Below are positions 18,701 to 26,901 of a stretch of 48,114 nt of DNA, piece by piece. The position numbers were made by a program, and so were the translations under genes. Where the stretch lies: the IMG/VR virus record IMGVR_UViG_3300045988_031966. One strand, 5' to 3'. The notes beneath the pieces are model-generated. The model searched no databases. It saw nothing but the letters and a program-made list of their open reading frames with translations, and had not been told where the DNA came from. The DNA is from a virus. Positions within the stretch are counted from its first letter, which is position 1; each line of letters opens with the position of its first letter.

Positions 18701-19928
18701 AGCGGCAGCGGTGGCAGCATCCGTTCCGGCAGCAGCACTGGCAGCGGCACTGACGCTCATCGTGGCAACCATTACGATGCTGACAGCCATGGTCATGGCG
18801 GCGACCATGTCGCTGACCATGCTGAATATGACCATGGTAATGTTCAGAACCAATGCGACATCCATGACATCATCGGCGACCATCATAGCGACAGCATTCA
18901 CAAAGATGAGTGCAGGGATCGCACCGACAGCGTCTGCGATGGCATCTCTTTCAGGACCAACCATGCAGACCGCACAGGGCATGATGGTACTGTCGCAGGC
19001 ACTCGCTATGTCCGTGCAGACATTCACAGTCATGCGGATGGCAATCATGACAACAGCGGCGGCCTTTACAGCACTGGTAACAGCGTTCGCAGGGGCACAG
19101 GCAATCTCCGCAGGCGTGACCATGATGAGTGTAGCGGTCAGCACAGGAATGACGACCGTGGCGGCAAGCATGGCAACCGGAATGGTGCAGGTTACCACCA
19201 ATGTCCGAATTGGAATGATGCAGTCGCAGGCAGCAACGACCGCAGGAATGGTTCAGATCGTGGCGGTAAGCAGGTCTGGAATGACGACCATGGTTGCAGT
19301 ATTCCGAAGTGGAAGCGTGCAGATCATAGCGATATGCAGGTCAACAGCAAGCGGAATCACTTCCGCATTTGCAAGCGTGAGCCTGTATTCTGCCGGGGTC
19401 AATATGATGGCAGGACTGCAGGCAGGTATCTCCGCAAGGGGAGCGTCTGTTATTGCAACAGCAAGAAGTATCGCACAGCAGGCAGCCGCAGCAGTAAACT
19501 CAGCATTGCAAATCCACTCCCCATCAAGGCTGATGGAAGATTCCGGAGAGAATGTGGATAACGGTCTTATCCGTGGTATGGAAAACAATGCAGACAAGGT
19601 AAAGAGTGTTGCAGTTGCATCCTTGGCCGCCCCAGTCATAGACACTAACCAGAACATTCGGAGCATAGAAGCACCGCAGACCACGACTGCCAGAAGTGCA
19701 GTCATCGGGGAAACTGTGAATAATCTCTCGGAAGGAAAACCGGGATATAAAAACCAGAGAAACGCAGACGATACACCGCCGACTTTTGTATTCAGTCCGA
19801 CTTACCAATTCTACGGAGAAGCACCGAGCAAAGATGACATTGTGGAAGCAAACCGTATGAGTCAGGCAGAATTTGAAAAGATGATGAAGGAATACTTAAG
19901 GAAACATAAGCGGGTAGCATTTGCATAG
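15768..19928 (+). CDS. Tail tape measure protein
   Basis: 1386 aa and the largest ORF, located after the chaperone. The central ~650 aa are Ala/Gly/Met/Leu-rich hydrophobic repeats. Conserved-looking C-terminal segment IHSPSRLMEDSGENVDNGLIRGM. Confidence 0.9.
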   Translation: MGDYKVAIKIAGQLEGSFNRTLKMAQSGIGGLAKIGKIGATAMAAGAAAMGTLAAAGIKAGVEYEQAFAGVRKTVDATEAELQALSQGIRDMAKEMPTSASEIAGVAEAAGQLGIQTENILGFTKTMVMLGDATNMSADEAATSLARLANITGMPQSSFDRLGSTIVALGNNFATTESEITAMGLRIAGAGSQVGMTEAQIMSFSAALSSVGIEAEAGGSAFSKVLVDMQLATEKGGESLQQFANVAGMSASQFKQAFQTDAAGAMASFIKGLSESEAKGKSAIAVLDEMGITEVRMRDMLLRAAGASDTFTEALELGSAAWEENVALTNEANQRYKTMGSRLAILKNKAIDLGIAFYESVNTPMGDVVTAAGDMLENLNAAFESGGMSGLVNQLGTEIANAVTGIADAAPDMIDAAVDLMESFLAGIEQNQDKITSGLERTAIAAASGLIRITPQLVVVGAEFIVALAQGLVENAPQLAQAGREAVSYLMNAAKDAFREYVDFLGDDQVKPFEKILALIPAVAAGFGAFKVLSTIAGDAQNFITSIKGIGKTTEAAKKGVKGVSSVMSGTAKNILGAGVGLGMAAAGFWLLADAAIRLGEAGPLASIGMAVMAAGIAGAMVLITKFGPQLEASQKGLLAFGGAILMAAAGMSLMAFSATQLAAAGPMALVGLALMEAGIIGLLAVAGTMGTTLATATPGLLAFGGAILMAAVGMGLLTIAAMQLSSAGTGAILTLTGMGVGLMAFMAVAALLGPMLTSAAIGLVAFGAGVLLAATGMLLMTQAAIQLAAAGPTAQIAMALLAAGILAFGAVAGLLAPLLLAGAAALAAFGAALAVVGAAMMVVNMAAIMGAAALTLIAAVLPQLATHGMTGAAAIMALGASMTLFAAGALLAGAGAAAAAIGFAALAVAALAASVAFAPLAVEMAAIGAAIAIMATMGKTAADSMKSLKSSSKGMVTSMAKLAASLVAPTAALVPFAAAAVAASVPAAALAAALTLIVATITMLTAMVMAATMSLTMLNMTMVMFRTNATSMTSSATIIATAFTKMSAGIAPTASAMASLSGPTMQTAQGMMVLSQALAMSVQTFTVMRMAIMTTAAAFTALVTAFAGAQAISAGVTMMSVAVSTGMTTVAASMATGMVQVTTNVRIGMMQSQAATTAGMVQIVAVSRSGMTTMVAVFRSGSVQIIAICRSTASGITSAFASVSLYSAGVNMMAGLQAGISARGASVIATARSIAQQAAAAVNSALQIHSPSRLMEDSGENVDNGLIRGMENNADKVKSVAVASLAAPVIDTNQNIRSIEAPQTTTARSAVIGETVNNLSEGKPGYKNQRNADDTPPTFVFSPTYQFYGEAPSKDDIVEANRMSQAEFEKMMKEYLRKHKRVAFA

Positions 19929-19942
19929 AGAGGAGGGGCAGG

Positions 19943-20197
19943 ATGAAAACATATACAACTGTGCAGGGGGATTGTTGGGATCTGGTCGCTTTCAAGGTTT
20001 ACGGAAGTGAAAAGTACATGGCACTCCTTGCCGATGCCAACCCATCCCTGCTTGATTTTTTAGTTTTCCCATCCGGCACAGTAATCAACACCCCGGACAT
20101 ACCGGAAGGCTACGACACCGAGGACACCGTGTTCTGGAGGCAGCCGGATAATGGGGAAACTTATTCTTCCGTAGAGGAGGGCGAGGACGATGAGTAA
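19943..20197 (+). CDS. LysM-like tail protein (P2 gpX / PBSX XkdP position)
   Basis: 84 aa. The segment YTTVQGDCWDLVAFKVYG...ANP resembles a LysM-type fold start. It lies directly after the tape measure. Confidence 0.6.
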   Translation: MKTYTTVQGDCWDLVAFKVYGSEKYMALLADANPSLLDFLVFPSGTVINTPDIPEGYDTEDTVFWRQPDNGETYSSVEEGEDDE

Positions 20198-21470
20198 TGC
20201 AAGGAAAGCAGTGCCGAGCCTTTCCTTTAACGGAAAGAATGTAAACACCAGTCTTGCGGATTATCTGAAAACTGTCAGCTATGAAGATGTGGCATCTGGG
20301 AACAGCGATTCCATAAGCATCACCCTTCAGAATATCGACCAGAAGTGGATGAACCAGTGGTATCCCACCAAGGGAGATAAGATCGCAGGAAGTATCACTT
20401 TCAAAGACTGGGATAAAACCGGGGAAGATAAGCGGGTAAACTGCGGAACATTTGTACTGGATGAAATCAAATTCTCCGGCGGTCCATTGGAAATCAGCAT
20501 CGGAGGACTGGCAATCCCGGCAAGCGAATCATTCAAGACAAGGGAACGCACAAAGACATGGAAGAATGTCACAATTCAGAAAATCGGGCAGGAGATCGCA
20601 GGAAGGTATCACCTTGGACTATCCTACAGCGGTCCTGGCATTATCATCGCAAGCATAGAGCAGACCGACAAGGCTGACTGTGCTTTTTTATATGAGGTTT
20701 GTCAGAAATACGGACTTTCCATGAAAGTTTATGGCGACAAAATCATCATATATGACCAGACAGCACAGGAGAAAAAAAGTGCAAAGGCAACGCTACGCAG
20801 AGAATCATTCGTAGATGATGACTGGCAGTATGTAGATGCACTGGAGGGAACATACACCGGGGCAAGGATCTCCTACAAATCCGGAAAGGATAATGAGGAG
20901 GTCAGCGTTTACCTTGGTCTGAAAGCAGAAAACGCAAGTGGCAGCCGGGTGCTGAATATCACGGAAACCGCAGAGGATCAGAATACTGCTTATTATATGG
21001 CTGCAGCAAAGGTAAATAAATCCAATGAACAGGCTACCACATTAACCGGGAAGATCTGGGCAAACCCGAAGATATGTGCAGGAATCTGCGTGACCATATC
21101 CGGCATGGGGAAAGCTGACGGAAAATACTTTGTGGATAAATCAACCACAGAGGTGTCCGATTCGGGAACAACTCAGAGTCTGGAACTGCACAAATGCCAG
21201 AAGCGTCTGACCTATACACCGAAACCTGCACCGCCGAAACAACCTGCAAAGAAGTCGTACAAGGTGGGCGACATCGTAAACTTCCATGGCGGCACACATT
21301 ATGTGTCCTCGTGGCCCGGCTCAAAAGGATATTCGGCAAGGGCAGGAAAAGCAAAAATTACACTGGGGCCAGACTGTGCCGGAAACGGAAAAGCACATCC
21401 ATGGCATCTTATCCATACGGACAGCCAGTCGAATGTTTACGGATGGGTGGATGAAGGTACATTTGATTAA
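20190..21470 (+). CDS. Baseplate hub / late-control-D-like protein (XkdQ position) with extra C-terminal domain
   Basis: 426 aa. A Pro-rich linker (PKPAPPKQPAKK) separates a ~70-aa C-terminal domain (KVGDIVNFHGGTHYVSSW...VYGWVDEG). Confidence 0.55.
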   Translation: MSNARKAVPSLSFNGKNVNTSLADYLKTVSYEDVASGNSDSISITLQNIDQKWMNQWYPTKGDKIAGSITFKDWDKTGEDKRVNCGTFVLDEIKFSGGPLEISIGGLAIPASESFKTRERTKTWKNVTIQKIGQEIAGRYHLGLSYSGPGIIIASIEQTDKADCAFLYEVCQKYGLSMKVYGDKIIIYDQTAQEKKSAKATLRRESFVDDDWQYVDALEGTYTGARISYKSGKDNEEVSVYLGLKAENASGSRVLNITETAEDQNTAYYMAAAKVNKSNEQATTLTGKIWANPKICAGICVTISGMGKADGKYFVDKSTTEVSDSGTTQSLELHKCQKRLTYTPKPAPPKQPAKKSYKVGDIVNFHGGTHYVSSWPGSKGYSARAGKAKITLGPDCAGNGKAHPWHLIHTDSQSNVYGWVDEGTFD

Positions 21471-21482
21471 AGGAGGCAGGGA

Positions 21483-21899
21483 ATGGCAGAAAGACTGATA
21501 AGAATCGGGAAAGTGTCCTCCATTGACTACGCAAACGGTATGATCAGCGTGACATACCCGGATATGGATGGAGCAACAACCGACAACTTCCCGGTATTCT
21601 CTCTGACAGATGAATATAAAATGCCGGGAATTGGGCAGGAAGTACTTGTGCTTCATCTATCCAACGGACAGTCCGCAGGCGTGGTCATGGGGCGATATTG
21701 GAACAAAGGAAACACGCCGCCAGTGAGTGGCAATGTATTCCGGAAAGAACTCGGACAGGCGTTCGGGGAGGCTTACATCCAGTACAACAACGGAAACATT
21801 ACGCTGCACGATCAGGCAGGCACAACAACGCTTGGAAATATACTGAATCAATTAGCAGGGTTAAATAAGAAGGTAAAAGAATTAGAAGCAAAGATATAG
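21483..21899 (+). CDS. Baseplate central spike protein (gpV-like; positional)
   Basis: 138 aa. N-terminus MAERLIRIGKVSSIDYANGMISVTYPD... It follows the hub gene. Confidence 0.5.
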   Translation: MAERLIRIGKVSSIDYANGMISVTYPDMDGATTDNFPVFSLTDEYKMPGIGQEVLVLHLSNGQSAGVVMGRYWNKGNTPPVSGNVFRKELGQAFGEAYIQYNNGNITLHDQAGTTTLGNILNQLAGLNKKVKELEAKI

Positions 21900-21911
21900 G
21901 AGGCGGTAGAG

Positions 21912-22307
21912 ATGGCAATCGGAAACTGGGGAAGCGTTATCAGATTCGAGGTTACATCCAGAAAAGTCCTCACATTCCACGATTTCAAACGCACAGTCGG
22001 AGGGAGATGGAAAAGCCACCCCATTGTCGGGAAAAAGCCGAAGGGAGAATTCGTAGGACCGGACGCATCCGGCATCAGCATGGAAGTCACCCTGTCAGCA
22101 GACCGGGGAATCAACCCAAGAGGAATGCTGAAACAAATGGAGGCAGCATCGGAGCGTGGGCAGGTAGAGTACCTCTATATCGGTGGCAAGAAAGTAGGCA
22201 GCGGAAAGTTGGCATTGGAAAGCATAAGCGAAACATGGGATGAGATATGGAACAACGGAGAACTTGTGAAAGCAAGTACATCGTTGACATTCTCGGAATA
22301 CAGCTAA
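21912..22307 (+). CDS. Baseplate/tail assembly protein, family uncertain
   Basis: 131-aa ORF in the baseplate block with RBS ataggaggcggtagagATG. Confidence 0.45.
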   Translation: MAIGNWGSVIRFEVTSRKVLTFHDFKRTVGGRWKSHPIVGKKPKGEFVGPDASGISMEVTLSADRGINPRGMLKQMEAASERGQVEYLYIGGKKVGSGKLALESISETWDEIWNNGELVKASTSLTFSEYS

Positions 22308-22319
22308 AGGAGGGAGGAC

Positions 22320-22631
22320 ATGAATCAGATTGACACAATCAGCTTCGCACACGTGGGCGAAGGTATCGACATAGAGCGTGTAGACGCAGAATTAAAAGCA
22401 CTCCTCCTTACAGCCGAGGGAACGATCCCCGGATGCAGGTCATTCGGTCTGACCGGGGAGTTTTCATCCAGACAGAGAGCGGAGGCAGTGAATCTCCTTG
22501 GCATGGAACTGGAAGAAAAGGTGGAAACCTTTATACCGGAAATCTCCATTGCAAATGTGGAAGATACTTCGGAGAGTCCCATCGGAGGACTTAGCGTCAC
22601 GATCCACGTGGAAAGGAGGAACGGAATATGA
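22320..22631 (+). CDS. Baseplate wedge protein, gp25 / GPW-like
   Basis: 103 aa, immediately upstream of the baseplate-J-like gene with overlap. The size is typical of gp25-like proteins. Confidence 0.55.
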   Translation: MNQIDTISFAHVGEGIDIERVDAELKALLLTAEGTIPGCRSFGLTGEFSSRQRAEAVNLLGMELEEKVETFIPEISIANVEDTSESPIGGLSVTIHVERRNGI

Positions 22632-23770
22632 TACCAGAACTGGAAAATTTGCCAGAAGTGAGTTTCATAGACAACATCACACTGGATGACATACAGAAAC
22701 AACTCGTATCGGATTATGAACAGCGGTATGAAACGCTGACCGGGAAACCATGCGTGTTACGAAAAGCGGACCCAATCGCACTGACCTTATATGCCTGCTC
22801 CGTGCTGTTGTTCCAGACACTGCTATACGTGGATAGAGCAGGGAAGCAAGACCTGCTGAAATACAGCTATGGCGGGTACATGGATAACCTTGCGGCAATC
22901 CGGGGAATCACCAGACTGGAAGCAAAAGCGGCGGTCACAACGGTACGCTTCACGCTTTCGCAGGAAATGACCGAGGTCATCGCAATTCCGAAGGGAACAC
23001 GGACGACAAATGGGGAGATTTACTTCCAGACAGATGAGTATGCAGAGATACCAAAAGGGCAGACATACGTGGACGTACATTCGACCTGCCAGACCAAGGG
23101 AATCATCGGAAACGATATTCCGCAAGGGGGAATCGGCATCTTGGTCGATATGCTGCCCTACGTAAAAAGTGTCAGCAACACCGAAATCACGTCTGGTGGG
23201 GCAGACATTGAGAGCGATGAGAACCTTGCAGAGCGGATCTACCTCGCACCAAGCGGATACAGCGTAGCCGGCCCGGACGATGCCTATGAGTACCACACCA
23301 TGGCATACAACCAAGACATTATCGATGTCAAGGTTTCAAGTCCCGCACCGACCGAAGTGGAAATCCGATTCCTAATCGGGGAAGGAGAGATACCGACAGG
23401 CACGGTAATCAAAGGACTGGAGGAATACCTGCAGGACAACAACATCCGGCCGCTCACCGATAAGGTCAAGGTTCTCGCACCGGAGCAGGAGCAGTTCAGC
23501 ATCTCCCTCAGTTATTACATCAACCGGAGCGATTCCGCAAAGGCAAACTCCATTCAGAGTGCGGTCAACGCTGCCATTGACGATTATGTACGGTGGCAGA
23601 CCTATTCCATCGGGCGTGACATCAACCCATCGGAATTAACCAAGAGAGTGGTGGAGGCAGGTGCAAAGAGGGTGGAAGTGACGTCCCCGGTATTTACTAC
23701 CGTGCCAGTTACAACGGTAGCAAGGCTGTCGAAAAAAACAGTGACATACGGAGGACTGGAAGATGATTAA
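22628..23770 (+). CDS. Baseplate J-like protein (XkdT position)
   Basis: 380 aa. ATGA overlap with the gp25-like gene and an 8-nt overlap with the next gene. Order matches P2 W-J-I and PBSX S-T-U. Confidence 0.65.
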   Translation: MIPELENLPEVSFIDNITLDDIQKQLVSDYEQRYETLTGKPCVLRKADPIALTLYACSVLLFQTLLYVDRAGKQDLLKYSYGGYMDNLAAIRGITRLEAKAAVTTVRFTLSQEMTEVIAIPKGTRTTNGEIYFQTDEYAEIPKGQTYVDVHSTCQTKGIIGNDIPQGGIGILVDMLPYVKSVSNTEITSGGADIESDENLAERIYLAPSGYSVAGPDDAYEYHTMAYNQDIIDVKVSSPAPTEVEIRFLIGEGEIPTGTVIKGLEEYLQDNNIRPLTDKVKVLAPEQEQFSISLSYYINRSDSAKANSIQSAVNAAIDDYVRWQTYSIGRDINPSELTKRVVEAGAKRVEVTSPVFTTVPVTTVARLSKKTVTYGGLEDD

Positions 23771-24665
23771 ATTCAAAGACGGACAGATCACAGACCTCCT
23801 CCCACCGAGCATGGCAAAAAATGTGGAAATGCAGTGCGTCAGCTATGCACTGCAGAAACAGGTACAGAAAATCATGGCACTGGCAGACCAGACAAGAACA
23901 GTCGCCATGATTGATCAGTTACCTGAGAGCATCCTAGACATACTGGCAACAGAACTGAGGACACCATACTACCAAGAAAGCATGGATCTAAAAACCAAAA
24001 GGAACATCATCAAGCGGACACTGCTATGGCATACCAAGGCAGGAACACCAAGTGCGGTATCTGAACTGATAGAGATTGTATTCGAAGAAGGCGGTGTTGT
24101 GGAGTGGTTTGATTACGATGAACCGCCATACACGCCCGGAACATTCGACATCGTGACCAATGCACAGATGACAGAAGAAATCGCTGAGTATTTTCTGACA
24201 ATCATCCGGCGGGTAAAAAATACGAGGTCACATATCCGAAGAATACTCATCAACAGAACCATGGAGATGGATGAGCGGGTGGCGACCGGGGTATATACCG
24301 CCCCAGAGGGCACTGTGACAAACCATCATACCGGAACAATGGAAATGACCATGGCAGAAACCGTGGGAGCAGCCCTTGTAGCCACTTCGGAAAGCTATGC
24401 GACAAATTCTCCGCAGGGGAGAAAACAAGTCGCAGAAATGGCAGGGAGGGCGGCTGTCGGGGCATACGGAAATACCACAGAGTACATCGGGAATACAGCA
24501 GATCCGGCGACAGCAAAAGCGGCACACTCCATTCACGCTGCAGCAATTATGCAGGCGGCGACAGAAACCACCATATACAATGGAAAATTTGTAGGAATGG
24601 TTGAAATTAGGGGAACGCAGAGAGCAGCGGCCGGAGCTGCAGGCAATTCTACAATCACAATCTAA
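23763..24665 (+). CDS. Baseplate / tail protein I-like (XkdU position) with Ala/Thr-rich C-terminal extension
   Basis: 300 aa. The N-terminal LLPPSMAKNVEMQCVSYALQKQ...ILATELRTPYY resembles the P2 gpI-type pattern. Confidence 0.55.
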   Translation: MIKFKDGQITDLLPPSMAKNVEMQCVSYALQKQVQKIMALADQTRTVAMIDQLPESILDILATELRTPYYQESMDLKTKRNIIKRTLLWHTKAGTPSAVSELIEIVFEEGGVVEWFDYDEPPYTPGTFDIVTNAQMTEEIAEYFLTIIRRVKNTRSHIRRILINRTMEMDERVATGVYTAPEGTVTNHHTGTMEMTMAETVGAALVATSESYATNSPQGRKQVAEMAGRAAVGAYGNTTEYIGNTADPATAKAAHSIHAAAIMQAATETTIYNGKFVGMVEIRGTQRAAAGAAGNSTITI

Positions 24666-24683
24666 AGAAGGAGGAACAAAACA

Positions 24684-25235
24684 ATGGCAGGAGTATTCAG
24701 AGAAGCGGTGCTGACCACCAAAGGAATTGCCCTGCTCGCCAAAGCACAGGCAGGGGAATGCACCATCGATCTCACAAAAGCCGCAGCGGGAAACGGATCG
24801 TATTCCGAAGGCGAAGCACTGATGGGAAGAACCGCACTGAAAGCACAGAAGCAGGAATTTAAACTCAGTGCAGTTACCAGACAGAACAACACTAATGTCT
24901 ATGTAAAAATTGTGATGAGCAATAAGCAGGACACAGGGAATCTGGAACATGGCTACTATGTGAAGGAGGTCGGCATTTTCGCTAACGATCCGGACGAAGG
25001 GGAAATTCTCTATGCAATCGCAGTAGCAATCACGGATCAGTGGGATTATATGCCCGCATACAACAACCTGCTCCCATCTACGATCACGGTCAACTTCCTT
25101 ACAGAGGTATCGAATGCAAGCGAGGTAACCATCGAAGCACCGAACCAGTATTTTTTGTATGACCAAGTGACCGGAGGAAAATACACACTGGGAGTGGAAA
25201 ACGGATTACTTTATTTCGAGGAGGTAGAAGGATAA
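24684..25235 (+). CDS. Tail fibre proximal (baseplate-attachment) protein, tail-collar N-terminal-domain-like
   Basis: 183 aa. N-terminus VLTTKGIALLAKAQAGECTIDLTKAAAGNGSY resembles the N-terminal domain of P2 gpH-type fibres. Its stop overlaps the next start (TAATG). Confidence 0.5.
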   Translation: MAGVFREAVLTTKGIALLAKAQAGECTIDLTKAAAGNGSYSEGEALMGRTALKAQKQEFKLSAVTRQNNTNVYVKIVMSNKQDTGNLEHGYYVKEVGIFANDPDEGEILYAIAVAITDQWDYMPAYNNLLPSTITVNFLTEVSNASEVTIEAPNQYFLYDQVTGGKYTLGVENGLLYFEEVEG

Positions 25236-26497
25236 TGGGAAAGACATTCATCGCAGACAAGGAAACATTGGACAAGGTTTATAACATTCTGGCAGTGGAT
25301 GAAGTGTATGGATTTATCGAACACATGAACATCTTAAGTCCGACAGAGAGGATTGAGTATATCGGAGCAAACAAAGCTTATACTCCATTGACAGTTGACA
25401 AGGTGACCGGAGTGCCAAACTATGGATCATGGGCAAACTTCCCGGTACTTGTTGGTAATAAACCATGGATGGTGCGTTCAGATGGAACACCGGATTACAG
25501 ACTGGATGAAAATGACTACACGAAGAAAGAAGATGGAACTGCCTCCGATGTGGCGAACACAAAATATAATGGCGGTGCATTCGCATGGATTCCGAAGATT
25601 TACAAGCAGGAATATATGCTCGGCGATGACCGTGTCGTTAAATTCTCCATGACAAAGAGAGATGGGTTCGAAGCGGTTGGTTTTATTGACCCGGATAACA
25701 AGGAATTGGAAGGCGTGTGGATTCCAATGTTCTACGGTTCGATTGTGGAAGAAAAAATGAAATCTATTTCCGGGGTGCAGCCTTGCTATAATACAGCAAC
25801 TGCAGCAGAGAAAACAGCTATTGACGCATTCGGAACAAGGGCGAAATTTTTCGGTGGAGCAATCGTCCAGACGCTTACCGACCTTTTAATCATGTTCGGA
25901 AAAAGCACGAACTCGCAGGCGGTATATGGAAGCGGAAATTCAAGTGGATATGATGAAAGTTTGAAGCCTACATACGGAGTAAAACAGAATGCTGTTGTTA
26001 AGGGCGGGCAGTTTTATGGCACAAGCGATGCAAAATCTCTCAATAAGATTTTACATTCCATTGTGCTTGGCAGTTATCAGCAGTGGATGCGTGATCCATA
26101 TACGCTGCTCGTAAATGGAAGATACAAGGTCAGTAAAAACTATGAGTACGACTTGACTGGAGCGAAGTACCAAGATACAGGTATCAGTTTGCCAAAGATT
26201 ATGAATGAAACTGGAGATGAACAAAAAACAGGCGTATTTTACCCACACAAGTACCAGACAGTACCGGGATTTGGAACAGTGCCAGTACATCCATGTAAGG
26301 GAAGTACCACAACTGGCGGCTGTGACGGATTATGGCAGAATGTTGAGATTACGGCTGTCGCCCTTCGGTTCGGCAGATGCGACGATGGTACGAATGATGG
26401 TCTGCGTGCCTTGCATGTGGGCGGTTCCGCTACGGGTGCCTACTGGAGCATCGGTGTCGCCATTCTTCTCCTCCCACCTGTCGGTGTTGCAGCGTAA
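25235..26497 (+). CDS. Distal tail fibre / receptor-binding protein; DGR target gene carrying the VR
   Basis: 420 aa. The last ~48 codons contain the 109-bp VR. All VR/TR differences change codon positions 1-2. Confidence 0.85.
   Translation: MGKTFIADKETLDKVYNILAVDEVYGFIEHMNILSPTERIEYIGANKAYTPLTVDKVTGVPNYGSWANFPVLVGNKPWMVRSDGTPDYRLDENDYTKKEDGTASDVANTKYNGGAFAWIPKIYKQEYMLGDDRVVKFSMTKRDGFEAVGFIDPDNKELEGVWIPMFYGSIVEEKMKSISGVQPCYNTATAAEKTAIDAFGTRAKFFGGAIVQTLTDLLIMFGKSTNSQAVYGSGNSSGYDESLKPTYGVKQNAVVKGGQFYGTSDAKSLNKILHSIVLGSYQQWMRDPYTLLVNGRYKVSKNYEYDLTGAKYQDTGISLPKIMNETGDEQKTGVFYPHKYQTVPGFGTVPVHPCKGSTTTGGCDGLWQNVEITAVALRFGRCDDGTNDGLRALHVGGSATGAYWSIGVAILLLPPVGVAA
26353..26461 (+). repeat. DGR variable repeat (VR)
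   Basis: 109 bp, 96/109 identical to 26597..26705. 12 of the 13 mismatches lie opposite TR adenines. Confidence 0.9.
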
Positions 26498-26517
26498 GCA
26501 AGACACCGTTTAGGGGG

Positions 26518-26547
26518 TCTGGGGGTTGCGAAGCAAATTCCCCCAGA
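26518..26547 (+). other. GC-rich hairpin/cruciform downstream of VR
   Basis: tctggggg (26518..26525) pairs with cccccaga (26540..26547). An inner ttgc/gcaa stem is also possible. No T-run follows. Confidence 0.4.
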
Positions 26548-26596
26548 GAGAACTTCGGACAATAAAATATTAGGGGAGAGGGTCGGCGTCATCTCG

Positions 26597-26705
26597 GGCT
26601 GTCGCCCTTCGGTTCGGCAGATGCAACAATGGTACGAATGATGGTCTGCGTTACTTGAATGTGAACAATTCCGCTACGAATGCCAACTGGAACATCGGTG
26701 TCGCC
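26597..26705 (+). repeat. DGR template repeat (TR)
   Basis: Non-coding copy 100 bp after the target stop. It has 25 adenines, many in AAC/AAT codons when read in the VR frame. The RT gene lies 196 bp downstream. Confidence 0.9.
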
Positions 26706-26901
26706 TTATTCTATCCTTTATGGAATATAAACCTAAAGCCGACTCTCTTCATTTACACCGCTGACGGTTGAAACACCGTGTACCCGCCATTACTGGTATG
26801 GGGAGTGGAAATGAATCTGACACAGGACGCATGGTAAAGCGGTCGCACCTGCCATGCGTAGGAGATAGAAGAAAAAATATCTTATAGGAGTACTCAGCAG
26901 A

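Noticed and set aside
17231-19201. 656-aa ORF on the minus strand, the second-longest ORF in the window
   Set aside because: It lies entirely antisense to the Ala-rich (GCN-codon) part of the tape-measure gene. Its product is a low-complexity Ala/Pro/Ser mirror image, and it has no RBS. It is a compositional artefact.
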